A DNA stretch of 64,000 nt from Asterias rubens. Taxonomy: Eukaryota. The translations under genes and the position numbers were made by a program. This document shows, in pieces, positions 50,154 to 62,823 of the stretch. Where the stretch lies: assembly GCF_902459465.1 (NCBI RefSeq), contig NC_047067.1, positions 16,430,001-16,494,000 of the forward strand, given 5' to 3'. Each line of letters opens with the position of its first letter. Position 1 is the stretch's first letter. The notes under the pieces are model-generated. The model was given only the letters and a program-made list of their open reading frames with translations, did no database searches and was not told the origin of the DNA.

Positions 50154-52319
50154 CAGCTATACACTAGTGAGGTCCTGTTTATGTGATTTCCTACATAAAA
50201 TTCTGGACGACGTCACCATGACGTCATGTAATGCACGTTTTGTGTCTGTGCACAAACACAATGGCTCTTGAAGTGTAAACAAACCCAGCTTTCCGAAACA
50301 TAATTTATTCGATTAAAATTAAATTATATGTTGTACACTTCCCAAAACTGCTTTAGATTAAGATATATTTTATTGATGGTCATTTTAAAAGCATCAGAAC
50401 TTATAGAAACAGTGTAATTATTTTAAAAAACCTGTATTTCCGGGGATGTATTTTCAAAGATCATGGGTACGGCGTAAAACTTGGTTTGAATAGTCAAAAT
50501 TGTAAAACTGTTAACTTGACCAGGTCGTTATACCAATTTCAACCGTTGTTATTGCGTTTTTTTTGTTCAATATACATAGATTTCTTACGGTAACCGACTA
50601 GCACAAGTCTAAACTTGTTCCCAAAATTTGACAAGCCTGAGCATGGTGCGTCGTAGACCGGGTTCATTTCAGCCGACGAGTGTGGACGACGAAAATAGAC
50701 CGCCCGGGATTTGGAGTTATTTACGGGTAAAGTCACCTTGTTCGCGCCGGTGACCATTTGCCTAAACTAATTCCAGTATTTCGCGTTACGTTCGGAAATT
50801 AGACCATGACAAACAAAAACTCTTTGACAGGAATATAAAAGCAGAGATTTTATTATGCTGACGTTTCTCTGGTGGTTGAGTGGCTCAGTTTTATAGAGCT
50901 GCTTATAATAAACAGGCAAAACATTTTGCTTTACAAAATTGCAGAAATTGAGCAGAATACCTGGATTCACAACTTGAACATTAGGCATGGTTAAGCTGCT
51001 TTTTGTGTTTAAAAAGCTATTATATAGTTTGGTCCTGGGCCAATGGCTTTTAAAGGAAAGAATCGCAGCGCTTACGTAATCAGGGAACTGTGCTTACGCT
51101 AAGCGTATTTTACAGCTTAGCAGGGAATGTGTTCTTCACGTCACAATTCGCATCAAAAAATTTGCTACAGTTGACTAATTGTGCTCAACTCCTGCGAAAC
51201 TTTCACTGCAAAAACAGTGACTTAAAAATTTGATTTACATTCGCAGGAAAAACCGTGCTTTACTTGTGACAAAAGTAGGCAGGGGCGACTAGTGTGCTTT
51301 AGTGTTAAAGTCGCGACTACAAATTATTATTTGAGTCGCGACTACTGTTTTTCTCTACTCCGTTATAATCGTGTCCACACATCGACTACAAAATTTGTCC
51401 GTATTTTATCTCGACAAGTGTCGTAGGCAGGTTTGAGGTGCGACTAGTCGAGTAGTAAAATTCACTAGTCACCCATTCGCAACATAATTAATATTGCCTT
51501 TGCGGCACATAGCGGCACAAATCTTGAGAATCTGTATTAATTTTATCTCGACAAGTGTCGTAGTTAGTTTTGAGGTTCGACTAGTCGAGTCATGATGGGA
51601 ACTTGCTTAATGAAAAAGATTCAGTGCTCTGCAGAAGCATTGAATTCTGCGCTTACGTCAAGCGAAATAGACTGCTTATAGCAGGGATTTCTTTTGTTTG
51701 TGTGCTTCCAAGTTCGCACATTATTTTCCAAGCTTGCACATCACAGTAAAGCGGAAAATGGTGATCGTAAGCGCAGACTTTGGTGGTCATGAGAACCATG
51801 TAATTTTGCCCTGTAAGTAGGTTTGGTAAGGCCTACACTTCAAACATGTAAAGTCAAAAAAGATTGTTAGTACATGAGGGGAAATCTTGTGAAACTGGTC
51901 CAATTTGACTCTGCTTCACTGCGTAAGCAAAGAATTGACACATGAGAAGCGCGGATATTATCGCTTACTTAAAGCATATTTCACAGCTTAGCAGGGATAT
52001 TTTTGCTTGTGCGCGGGGAAACTTATCATATGTAATCTTTGCTTTGAACTAATTGTACAGATATTTCAGCGCCTGCACAGTAAGCGGAGAATGGTGGTTG
52101 TATAATAAATGGGCAGAGTTTGGTTGAAGCAGACAGAGCCATAAAACTGGGCCGTGTTCTATAGGGGAAATTATAGCTTGACATTTTGTGACAGTTTTGG
52201 TCTCTGCGACGTACACATACAAATACAGAGTCAGATACAGACATTACGGTGCAGAAATCGTGCAATTGAAATGTCTCATAAGAGCGCCCCTTATCGGCAG
52301 GAGTAGGAAAATAAAGGAG

Positions 52320-53241
52320 TATCCTACAAATTAATTATGTGTTTTTAAACACGTAAAATAATATCAAATGGAAGCTTTAGGATGTTTAGCTTAATTCCTA
52401 TCATAAAACATATTAAAATTATTTATTAATTAACCACCAGTGACCCTCATATGCATATTAATTAGGAAATCTTTGCAGCATCATATCTCAAGAACTTCAC
52501 GGCCGACTTTTCAACTGTTTGTTTTTAAAGACTCCTTGGGGGTTGGAGATTAATTTGAAAAAACTGTGACCTCAAGTTGACCTCTACTTCCGCGTCAACC
52601 GGAAGTGTCACCATATCTCAAGAACTATACAGCAGATTCTCAAAATATTTTCAGTTATAAACTCCTTAGGCATAAAATATTAACCTTAAAAAACCGTGAC
52701 CTCAAGTTGACCCCTACTTCCTGGTCAACCGGAAGTGGGACCATATCTCAAGAACTATGCAACAGATTATCAATTTTGGTTCAGTTATAGACTCCTTGGG
52801 CATTCAAGATTAGTTTGAAACAACTTTGACCCCATGTTGACCTTTACTTCCGGGTCAACCGGCAGTGAACCCATATCTAAAAAAGTACAAAGCTAATGTT
52901 CAAACTTCAGTTGCAGACTCTTAGGCAATAAATATTAGCTTTGGAAAACTGTGACCCTAAGTTGACCTCTACTTCTGGGTTAACCGGAAGTGGGACTATA
53001 TATCAAGATCTACACAACCGATTTTATAGACTCCTTGGCATTGCAGATTAATCTTTGGTAGCTGTGGGCCCATGTTGACCTTTACTTACGGGTCAACCGG
53101 GAAGTAAAACCTTATAACAAGAGCTACACAACTTTTTTGAAACCTTTTTCCAGTTATATATTCCTTGGGCAATGAAGCACATAACCCAAGCAAAACAACA
53201 AGGAACAGCTTCGTGTTTGTTCACAAACACTTAATGTCTAG
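52320..53241 (+). mobile_element. HINE family 2, body and 3' end with ~130-bp tandem repeats
   Basis: catatct units at 52481, 52611, 52741, 52871, ~52996; 3' GGAACAGCT, GTGTTTGT-TC-ACAAACAC, CTAG|TTTT. Confidence 0.75.
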
Positions 53242-53323
53242 TTTTGTTTTGGTTTTCAAAATGAAAATTATAAACAAACATCAAAATGTTATTCTATTTT
53301 AAAAAATAAACTGGCAACATAAT

Positions 53324-56300
53324 CTCTCTCTCTCTAGTCGACCGGAGTCGGAATCATGCAAAGTTTTGCCCATCCCTGTCAATCTCTCATTAAGTTGGGA
53401 AGATCAGCTGTAAGCACCCCGATGTCCCTGGAAACTACATCTGTATAAGTGAGCCTTTGTCTTCCCCTGTTTCTCCTTCCATGTTTCGGTGACCAGGTGA
53501 TTAGCTGAGAGACAGGTTCTTTGGTGCTTCTGTATGAATGCCCTGCTAGTCTCAGACGATGATGTTGTATTTTGGTGGATAGTTTTGGTTCTTTACCATA
53601 CAGTTCTGTATTTGTCATGTGTTGACTCCAGTGCATGTTAAAGCATTTCCGCAGAAGTTTTTTGTAGCACCCATCCAGTTTCTCTTCAAGTTCCCGGGTG
53701 ACTGTCCATGTATCCGTGCCATACAATATAATTGATTCTACAGTTGATTTGAAGATGGTTAGTTTGGTCTTTCTGTTGAGGCCTGATTGCCATACAGCAT
53801 TCATTTTGTTGCACGCCGACCATGCCATGCCTATTCTTTTGGTACCTTCCTTTGCTGTCTCTCACAAGGGCACCAAGGTACTTGTAGTTGTCAACTTCAT
53901 TTAGTTGTACGCTGCTCCTTGTTTTGATGTCAATTTTGTTGTTGATGTTGATGTTGATTGTTAGATATTCTGTTTTTGATTCATTAAGTTTTAGGCACAC
54001 ACTTCCAGCGTGCCTTTCAACATTTCTCAGTAGCTCTTGGCCATTGCGCTGATCATCGCTGCAAAGGCAAATATCATCAGCAAAATCCAGATCACATAGG
54101 ACTTCTTTAGGGTATCTGGAGCTTCTTCTTTGTGTCACCATTATTCGATTTTTGCAAACCCCTATCCTTAAATCTCTCATGAACTTTTGCAAATGGTGAC
54201 CCCGGTTCAAAAACTAACACCACTGAAACCACAGACAAGAAATAATCGAAACGACTGACAAGAAAGCGACTTATGAATACAAGAAAATTACATTTATTTT
54301 AAATTAATAACTTAACGAAAATTATGTTAAACTCTCTTGGTTCGACTAGTGAATCCTTTCACATTCAGTTTCGGTTATAACACCCTAACTTTTAAAAAAA
54401 GCTTGGTGATACACGATCGATTAACTCTTTTACGGAGGAGTTCAACTCCGGAACCTTTCTTATAGATTCAAACACTCTTAAACTTCAATTCAACTTAGTT
54501 CAGCTTCAAGTTCGTTTATGATATACACATTGTTAATTACTTGGTAAACAATTGTATCATTACTTCATCACGGAGGAGTTTAACTCCAGAACAGACTTTT
54601 CTTATTGATTCAAACAATCTTAAATCTAGTTCAACTTATGGAGTATTCCAGTTTCAGTTTCTTTTACAAGATTTTCAACTTCAATTCTTTCACAAAATCA
54701 TAGCTTTACATATCACAATCAACTCATCATCACGGAGGAGTTCAACTCCGGAACCTCAGGTAGGTCTACGCTTCCAGATTGCCAAGTACGTCTCATTCGT
54801 CTACAACAGTTCGGTGGAATTAGTACATCTTTCGGCCAGCGCCATCTCTCTCTTAGAGTGTGTAATTACTCCTGAACCCACGGCCATGGGTGGTGTTACT
54901 GGCGAGATCCTCGGACGGGCTGAGTGTTGTGGTTTTCCCCAAAACGGGAAAAGAGTTCTTCCGACACTGAATTTGTCGGTTTGAAACGATTTTAGAGTTG
55001 TGGCTGTCTCCACAAAATTAAATCGGAAAATTTTGAACCTGCTGTTTCAGGCCTTCGGAAAGTTGACGCCGATCTTCACTCTCACACAAATACACCCAGA
55101 CTTAAACCCACGTCTTCCTCTGTCAAGAGGTTCTTGAGATCTGCCATATGTTTCTTCTCGCACTCACATCCTCACACACCACATTCCAACAACATTCCAC
55201 AACAAACATACAAAAGGTACGGACAAAGCAACCGATTTTAAACGAAGTAAATAGTAAACAAAACACAAAGCAACCGCAACTAAATCACCTTGTATTGCAA
55301 GACTCCATTATAGAAACTCGCGGGAATTTTCTGCGCTCTAACTGGTTAAAAACTTTTTGGGCGAGACCACACGAACGCAAAGGTAGGTTTGTACACTATG
55401 CCGAGATGGGTCACGCACGCAAAACAAAATACCAAAAATACCAGTGTTACACTTTGGTTGAGTGTAAAACCTAGTCGCTCTGCTTCTGTGGTTGACTTCC
55501 TCATTATGTAGTCCAGCACAATAATTAACAAAAATGGGGCAAGTGTGTCGCCCTGTAAAACTCCTGCTTTGATTTTGAAGGGATCAGTATGGCCGTCAGG
55601 TGAAAGAACAATTGCTTCAGTGTTTTTCGTACATGGCTCGGATTGCGCTGACCATCTTCACTGGTATTCCATATGCCCTCAGTATTTTGAACATTTTCCC
55701 CCTGTGAATTGTATCGAATGCCTTTCGAAAGTCGACAAATGTTACCATGAGGGGAAGATTATGGATAACTGCTTCTTCCATTATGCGCCTCAGGGCTAGG
55801 ATGTGTCCAACAGTACTCCTACCTTTCCCTAAATCCATTTTGGTTCCATCTTAGCTTCTCTTCGATGGGGCTTCTGCATCTGTTTAGTATAAGTCTATTG
55901 TATATTTTGGCTGCAATAGGGGTTAGGCTTACCTCTGTAGTTGGTGGCCAGATTAAGGTTGCCCTTCTTGGGTAGAGGGACTATGCCGCTTCTTGCAAAT
56001 TCGAGTGGTATTTGTGTTGAGTTTAGTATGAAGTTGCAAAGAGATAGAAGAATAACTTTGAACTCTCCAATTTGCCAGAATTCCAGTGGAATTTCATCAA
56101 GGCCTGGCGCTTTGCCTGCCTTTGAAGCCTTTAAAACCGCGTTGAGCTCTTCCATAGTGAAACTCTCGGTAGATATTTCTAGGTCACAGTCGGAAATGGT
56201 TTCAATGCTTTCACTGTCGTCTAGTATTGAAGGTTCTTCTCCCAGTAGCGCTTCAAAATTATCTTTCCACTGTTTCTGTCGTTCCTCCGGTGTATTGCAG

Positions 56301-57561
56301 GCTGCTGATGGATTGTTCTGATTGAAGTTGTCAGTTACTTCATCGAATCTTTCTTTGTAGTAGTTACTTTCTGCTGTTTTGTAGGAGTCGGAGAGCTGGC
56401 TTTTTAGTTTTTGTACCTCGCTTTGTTCGGTTGCCATTTGCAGTTGTTCTCTCGCATCGACAACTGATTCATTGTTGTACAGGGTTGCTGCCTTAGTTCT
56501 CCGCTTCCTTTTTGGGAGAAGTTTAGGGGCCACCTCTTTATTTGCTTGTACCAGGTATGTGTACTCTTCACATGGGTCTGTGGTGTTGATTGAGAGTGCA
56601 CAAAATCGTTCCTCTGCAATTCTGCATCTGTTCGAAGAACTTTCCAGTCTAGCATCATTCTTTTCTGAGTCGATTGTTTTGGTGCTCTTAGGCTCAATAC
56701 TATGCGGCAGGTGAGGATCGATGATCTGAGCCTACACTTCTGAATGAGCTGTAGGCTTCGATGTTACGAATGCTATTTTTCCATTTAGTTCTCACCAAGA
56801 TGAAATCTAACTGTGCATGGTAGCCTGATGGATATGTGAATGTCCAGTTTGGAGCTTTGGAGTTTTGGAGCCCCTGCAAGCCGTCTATCAGCAGTTCCCC
56901 TCCCCGGGGGGTTTAAGGGAACAGCATCATTAGCTCTTACATCAGTAGGAGGGGGTCCACAGATGGCTCCGGTTTGATCAGGGGCTTTAACCCTGGTGCT
57001 GTTTGGCTTACTCATCATGATTCTTCCGCTGGCTAGTATAACTGTCTCCTCGCCACTGGATGACAGTTGTGGATGCCGTTGGCTGAAGAAATGTTCAGCT
57101 CATCCGCCTTTTGATGGCTTTGTCTCCATCACGGGAACCACTGCCCTACTCAAGCGCTCTTCTGCCCGGAGTCGTTGGCACTTCTTGAGGAAAAGAACAT
57201 TGCCTTTTGGGTTTCCCCTCATCCGCCCTAGGACAATATTCTCTGCCCATCTGGTCTGCTGCTAGGAGCTTATGACTCAGCGAGGCCCAGCCACTTAACC
57301 CATAGTTGGGGGATTTGAGATCGGAGTTACCTTCTCCTAGGAAGGCTGCCTTCCAAGGCTGATGAGCACTTCCTACCCAGAGCAATCCGGGGACTCGCCT
57401 TTCACACCTCTGCCCACAGTTCGCAACAGGGGTCGGCACGTGAAGCCGGGCAGAAGGAGTTTGATTAGGAGAGGCTATTTGAGATGCTTGACTCTTGTGG
57501 GATTTTTCAATGGATGAAGGGCAGCTCAATTCCCAACACCACCCCAGTCATCCTAACCCTT
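53324..57561 (-). mobile_element. RTE-clade LINE, both ends apparently present, endonuclease largely deleted, interrupted by a solo LTR
   Basis: AQLDFILVR..SDHR (EN end), KAPGLDEIP, IVPLPKKG, FVDFRKAFD, GVLQGDTLAP, DFADD, YKYLG, RLRLAGH; (AG)n tail; RTE-like 5' motif CTAGGAGAAGG.AACTC; candidate TSD CAACATAAT at 53315 and 57562. Confidence 0.85.
54133..55451. mobile_element. Solo LTR (1319 bp), 5-bp TSD
   Basis: CTTTG|TGTCACC...GTGTTACA|CTTTG; removal restores RTE RT codons GFTLNQRRSSRYP; three internal copies of acggaggagtt(c/t)aactcc. Confidence 0.88.
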
Positions 57562-58635
57562 CAACATAATACACGTCCTGAATTTAACAAAAACAAACAA
57601 TATTGTCCAGATACGACAAAACTAAGTACAACCCGAGGCCTGGCTTACACTGCATCCAATCGTGAAAATATTTTTGATGTGATAGTCACCATTTTTAAAA
57701 ACCCTCTCAAAAACGCAACGAAAACAAAGCCACTCTTTTCAAGAGAGGGTATTATTGATAACCATTATTCAAGTTCAACCACCATAAAAATACAAGCATT
57801 CATTTCCACAATAGTTTGGTATCGAAACTGACCTGAATACGGAGAATAAGGGGATTTTGAGCATCATAATCACTCCAAAAATAATACCAGCTATTCTTCC
57901 ATACGTGTATACACACGTAGCGTGCCGTGTAGTTTATTATTGTATCGTCTGATTTCGCGGAGTAATATCATCAGCATCACTTGGGACTACGTCATAAAAG
58001 TATAATTAAAATATATCATCAAGTTTTAAAACTAAAATAGATGCATTGTACTTTAAAATTACTCTTTCAATAACGAGTAAATATTGATGACGTCATCATT
58101 TGGCTTAAAACAATACAATAAAGTCCCCAAATTGAAGGGACTATTTCTTCTAAATGGCGGAGCACTCCTGGCATTTCTAATGGTTGCTAGGTAAGAACAG
58201 GGTTGAAAGGTCAACAGCATGAGTGAAACAAGTTCGAACACGAACGATTTTATACATTTTTTGACAATTTTTGTTTTGCTTTTATGTTCTATGTTCTTAT
58301 TCATCAAATGTGAACGAGCATATTTACTATAAACTGGGTAGTTTTTTTTTTAAATTTTGGGTCGTGGGGTTGTTGCAAATGTGTCAAATTTGCACTGGCA
58401 TCAATATCCCGGATGTGTGACACGGGCAAGAGTGCAAACTTCATTCATAAAGTCCGTTATGCAAATATCCGTGTCAGGGTCTTACAACCGAAATTTCCTC
58501 TGTTGGCGAAAATGTGATTCTTTAGATTTCGCAGCACTTTACATGCTGTGGCGACCGGTGTGAGAAGCATTGGGCCTACTTCATATGTAAATATTTTGTT
58601 AATGCTCTACCGCTGTGCTGGTACGCATGAAAAAC

Positions 58636-60494
58636 AGTCTACTTCACTAATTTGCATATTCCCTATGCCGCGAGGCAATAATGCTAAGACTTTCACACAC
58701 AATAGCGCCTTCCATCATCCTACCCACAACGCCCCGCGACATGCTTGCCACGGAGTTGTCATCATTTTTCTCTTAGCCGCGAGTGGGTAAGGACGTGATA
58801 AACCTGTGTCCACCAGTTCACCGTTTTTGTGATAAAATGAAAACGCCTTATCCTTTGCTGAGAGCTTTTTATAAAGACTAGAAGTTGTAGAGTTATAGTT
58901 GTTGTAGAGAGTGTGAGAAATAAAATAGTTTGATTTCATTGAATTAAATAATGAGCAGTGTAAAGAAATTGAGTAGGGCTTCGACTGTCAATACTGGGGT
59001 TGTGTCCGTTCCCCCCGGACAGTCGGAGCTCTCAGAGGGCTGCACCGGCGACACTCGGTCGCCTGGCTCGCAGCCCTTCAGCTGACTTCCGCAGCCTCGA
59101 AATGAAATGGCATTGTGTAGTTTATATGTAAATCGTTGTCATGTTGGTGCACACGAACTATTGTGGACAATGTTTTGGCATTCATTTACAAAGGGTTAAA
59201 GCATTTATAGGCCTATGGCCTCTATTATAATTTTAGTTTTCGTAAATCTGTTGTAATGATGGGATTGATGAAAATTCTGACATAATCTGTCTAATAATAC
59301 CATGGAGGAAGAAATAATACTAAGCTTTACACTGTCAATTTGCCAATACATTACACATTATTTTTTCTAAAAATGATGGTTAAAAATTAATAATCGAACC
59401 CATATAGTATCTCCTTTTTACCGATATTAAGGGGCTCTTTGCTGCAGTTGCGTCGCTGATAGTTGTCATCGGCAATCTGAGTCTACCAGGTAAAAGACCG
59501 CAAGACTAAAATAATGTAGCGCCACTCATTTTACTCTAAATCACGGGCAATTTATACGTCAAAACGTACACCGCTATAACTATAAGCACGTAATGGCGCA
59601 ATGTATTTAAGTTTGCGATGAACTTTTACTTTGCGACCACTAACATGTCATCGCAAGATTGTCATCGCTAAATAAAACTTTGCGACGAGTATATTCATCG
59701 TTAAGTTTTAGTGAAATCGTCGGCTAAAAATCCATCGCTAAGTTGCGATGGATTTTAGATTTAGCGGCATGGCGGATCGACGCTCTGACTATGCGCTGGG
59801 AGGGGCTGATGGCGTATGCCTACCCGCCCATCTCCCTCATTCCACGAGTGCTGACAAAGATCAAGCAGGATTACTCCAAAGTTCTCTTGATCGCCCCGTT
59901 TTGGCCCCGACAGCCCTGGTTCCCTCGGCTGATCAGGCTCCTGGTGCACAGGCCGGTGGTTCTCCTGCAACAGTGGTTACTCCGGCTGCGGGGGATCTGC
60001 ACCTGACGTGCTTGGAGCTGTCATGAGATCCATGGGAACCGGCCACGAACAGCTGTTTGTGTCCATGGTTCCGCCATTCCGACCAGCATCCCGCGATACG
60101 ATCGCGTGTTGGATAGCTCTGTGCCGGTGTGAGTCTATACAAATTAGTAATTCGCCTCTATTGGTAAGTAGAGTGAAGTAGACTCCCCCCCACAGAAGTG
60201 TGGATGGGGTCTACGAACGAATACTTACCGGTAGAGTATCCCTCCCTCCTTCCCCACATACTCCGTCCTTGGGTGCTTACATTTGGTAGGGCTCATTGAA
60301 AGAGCGTAATTCCGTGGCAAGCATGTCGCGGGGCGTTGTGGGTAGGACGGTGGAGGGCGCTATTGTGTGTGAAAATCTTAGCATAACTGACTCGTGGCAT
60401 AGGAAATTTGCAAATGAGTATTTCGACTCTACCGATACGTATTCTTTCGTAGACCCCATCCACACTTCTGTGGGGGGGGGGGGGGGGGGGAGGG
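58636..60494 (+). mobile_element. Short internally deleted DIRS (second subfamily) with left ITR, ICR and right ITR
   Basis: 58636-58754 is the reverse complement of 60311-~60425; ICR 60136-60240; remnants of gag (~58975-59090), MT (59762-60020, AYAYPP) and YR (TGHEQLFVS..SRDTIACWI). Confidence 0.85.
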
Positions 60495-60929
60495 ATTTAT
60501 TGTACGACACACAACAAAACACACGTGGAAAACATTTTGTTTCAGAATTAAATAAATTATGGGAGTGGGTCGTATTGTATACCAGTCCAGGTAAGACGTT
60601 TTTCAGGTCAACAGTCATCGTGGAAGACTATAACAGGATGTCATTCTGTCCACACTCCGTGTTAAAAGATTAACCCTAACTGGTGTAGACTGAGACCGTT
60701 CCGCTGGACTGTCTAAGTTTTGGGGTTTAGATCTGATCCGGTTTTTGGTGTTTTTTTTTGCGTTCAGACGCAAAAGAGTTGAACCAGAACCGGTCTAAGT
60801 TGAGTTAGACCAGTTTTAGTGCGGCATGTGAACGAAAAAAAAACACACATCCAGCTAAACTCACAACAGATGACCCACGTTATGGTTCAATGCACACGCC
60901 TAACCAAAGATAAACCATATCGGGTTTAA

Positions 60930-61277
60930 AGCACTGGACACCTTTAGTAAATATCAAAAACCAGTATTCTCACTTGGTGTACTCCAATTTACATTGTATG
61001 CGTAAAATATCAAACCTTTTAACGGGTCGCTCAATTGGTCATTGAATTTGCAAGAGATTAATGAAAGAAAATACACCCTTGTTGCAGTGTCTGCTTTCAC
61101 TGCTGAAGTCTTTTATTATTTGAGAGCGAAATTACATCTTCCTCAAAAACTATGTTACTTCAGATGGAGCAGTTTCTCACAATGTTTTATACTATTAACA
61201 GCTCACCATTGCTCGTTACCAAGGAGGCTTTTATTCTCATAATTATTTTGAGTAATTACCAATACTGTCTAGTGCCT
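60930..61277 (+). mobile_element. Diverged copy of the 9656-family Kolobok-like MITE
   Basis: TTAA|AGCACTGGACACC ... GAGTAATTACCAATACTGTCTAGTGCCT|TTAG; body collinear with 9656-10013. Confidence 0.72.
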
Positions 61278-61289
61278 TTAGTGGTCGGG

Positions 61290-61630
61290 TGGCATGGTTG
61301 GCGTGTGCGTAAAGCGCTCGCCTCTTACCAAGGTGACCCCGGTTCGATTTCTGGCCGGGGCCATATGTAAGCTGAGTTGTGCGTTGGTTCTCTGCTGTGC
61401 CACAAGGGTTTTCCAGACCATCCGGTTTTCCTCCCTCGGGAAAAATCAAACACTTTCGATCTTGGCTGTGCTCTGTGGTCATAATGGGTTGATGTGGCTG
61501 GCAGCCAAAGGTGCCCTTGCTGCATGCCTGCTTCTCGAACACATTGTAGCCGCGTCTTCGCAATTCAGCTCTTAGCTGCGAGTAAGGGTGATTAGCCCCC
61601 CAAATTATTATTATATTATTATTATTATTT
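61290..61630 (+). mobile_element. tRNA-derived SINE
   Basis: A-box-like TGGCGTGTGCG (61299), B box GGTTCGATT (61341), central core-like CCGGTTTTCCTCCCTC, (ATT)n tail; core family not determined. Confidence 0.8.
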
Positions 61631-62567
61631 AACTCAGTGCAATCTGAATGCAAGGGGAACATTTTGTAACGACCACCCACCCATTGCTTGCGAAGTTTAG
61701 CCGATTTCTGTCTGAACAGAAATAAAAAAATATCACATCTGGTTAGTTCACATCAGATGTCTGCTGACCTTTTTTAAGGTCACTGGATGCATACATACGC
61801 CTCAAAGAACACAAAAACTTGTGTTTTTTATTGAGGTTATTTCCATCTTGTTCACCTGTAATTTAGGTCCACTTTCAAAAAATTCTTGCTGAATACCATT
61901 CGTTCGAATTTGTAAAAAACGCTACATTTGAAGCCATGTAAGATCATTGAGGCAGTTGGTCAGATTATTTGTGCTTAAAAATCAACAAAACAATAAACGA
62001 AACGACCAGACGGTGGTTTTAGGAGTATCCAGAATTTTACAGATCAGGAAAAATGTATTAGTCTCCTGAAATTAATAACTCGTCTGAAATCATTTCTTGC
62101 CATTAAAACATGTAGCTCTTTATAACAAATTTCCTTTTGGCAAATAATAACCATGTCTTACTCATCAACCCATAGGAAAATTTGTTATGGGTAGAAATAC
62201 CTTCTCAGAGATGCTCTGTATACAGTTTTTAAAAGTACATTGATCCACAACAAAGTTGATGTGAAAACAAATGTTGAGAGTCATGTCCAAAAAGGCGTAC
62301 AATTGCCTGCAGAAATACAAGGAATAATATCATGCAGAATAGCTCTGTATAAGGAGTTCAATCAGGGAAATTTATTTTTTGCAGTGTTTTTAGTGTCAAT
62401 ATCCTTTTGGAAAACAAAAAGATTGACATTTTGCGACTCTTTCAGACGAGCGGATAGCATCAGGATACTGGGAAAAATGCAAGGAAATTAAATAAAGAAA
62501 TTATATTAAAAACGAAATTAAACAGCGAAATTAAACTGATTGCAAAATTTGAATGTTGCCTTTTCAG

Positions 62568-62625
62568 CTTGTTTTCAACTACAGTGGGAAAAAACTTCTT
62601 GGCCTGGTATGTAAAGAACTGGAAG
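62568..62625 (+). CDS. NSF: NSF internal coding exon (58 nt)
   Basis: ccttttcAG|ctt gtt ttc...ctg gaa g|GTgagc; LVFNYSGKKLLGLVCKELE vs human LVFSFNEKLFGLLVKDIE; phase 0 start follows GQQ exon. Confidence 0.9.
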
Positions 62626-62823
62626 GTGAGCTCATTATATGTTTGTAATTTTGTCATCCTCCTTGTCTGGTTCTCCATTATATTTGTTTTAAAATAGTTC
62701 TATTAAAATACCAATGACGTCACGGAACACCAAAGCGTCCCTAGTGATCGTTTTAAAATGTTTAAAAATTTACTTTTTGAAGATGTGTGTGGTGAAGTTT
62801 TTTGTAATCACTTCAAAATTGCA

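Noticed and set aside
50539-50757. 72-aa minus-strand ORF, and other short ORFs in AT-rich intron DNA, as genes
   Set aside because: No recognisable motif, splice context or codon pattern; lengths are those expected by chance.
50880-52155. Harbinger-like MITE with GGCTCAGTTTTAT / ATAAAACTGGGCC ends
   Set aside because: TIR match is weak, no 3-bp TSD was found and the interior looks composite; boundaries cannot be supported.
54194-54204. TGGTGACCCCG resembling a tRNA-Trp primer-binding site
   Set aside because: It lies 61 bp inside the TSD-bounded insert, does not follow a CA terminus and no gag follows.
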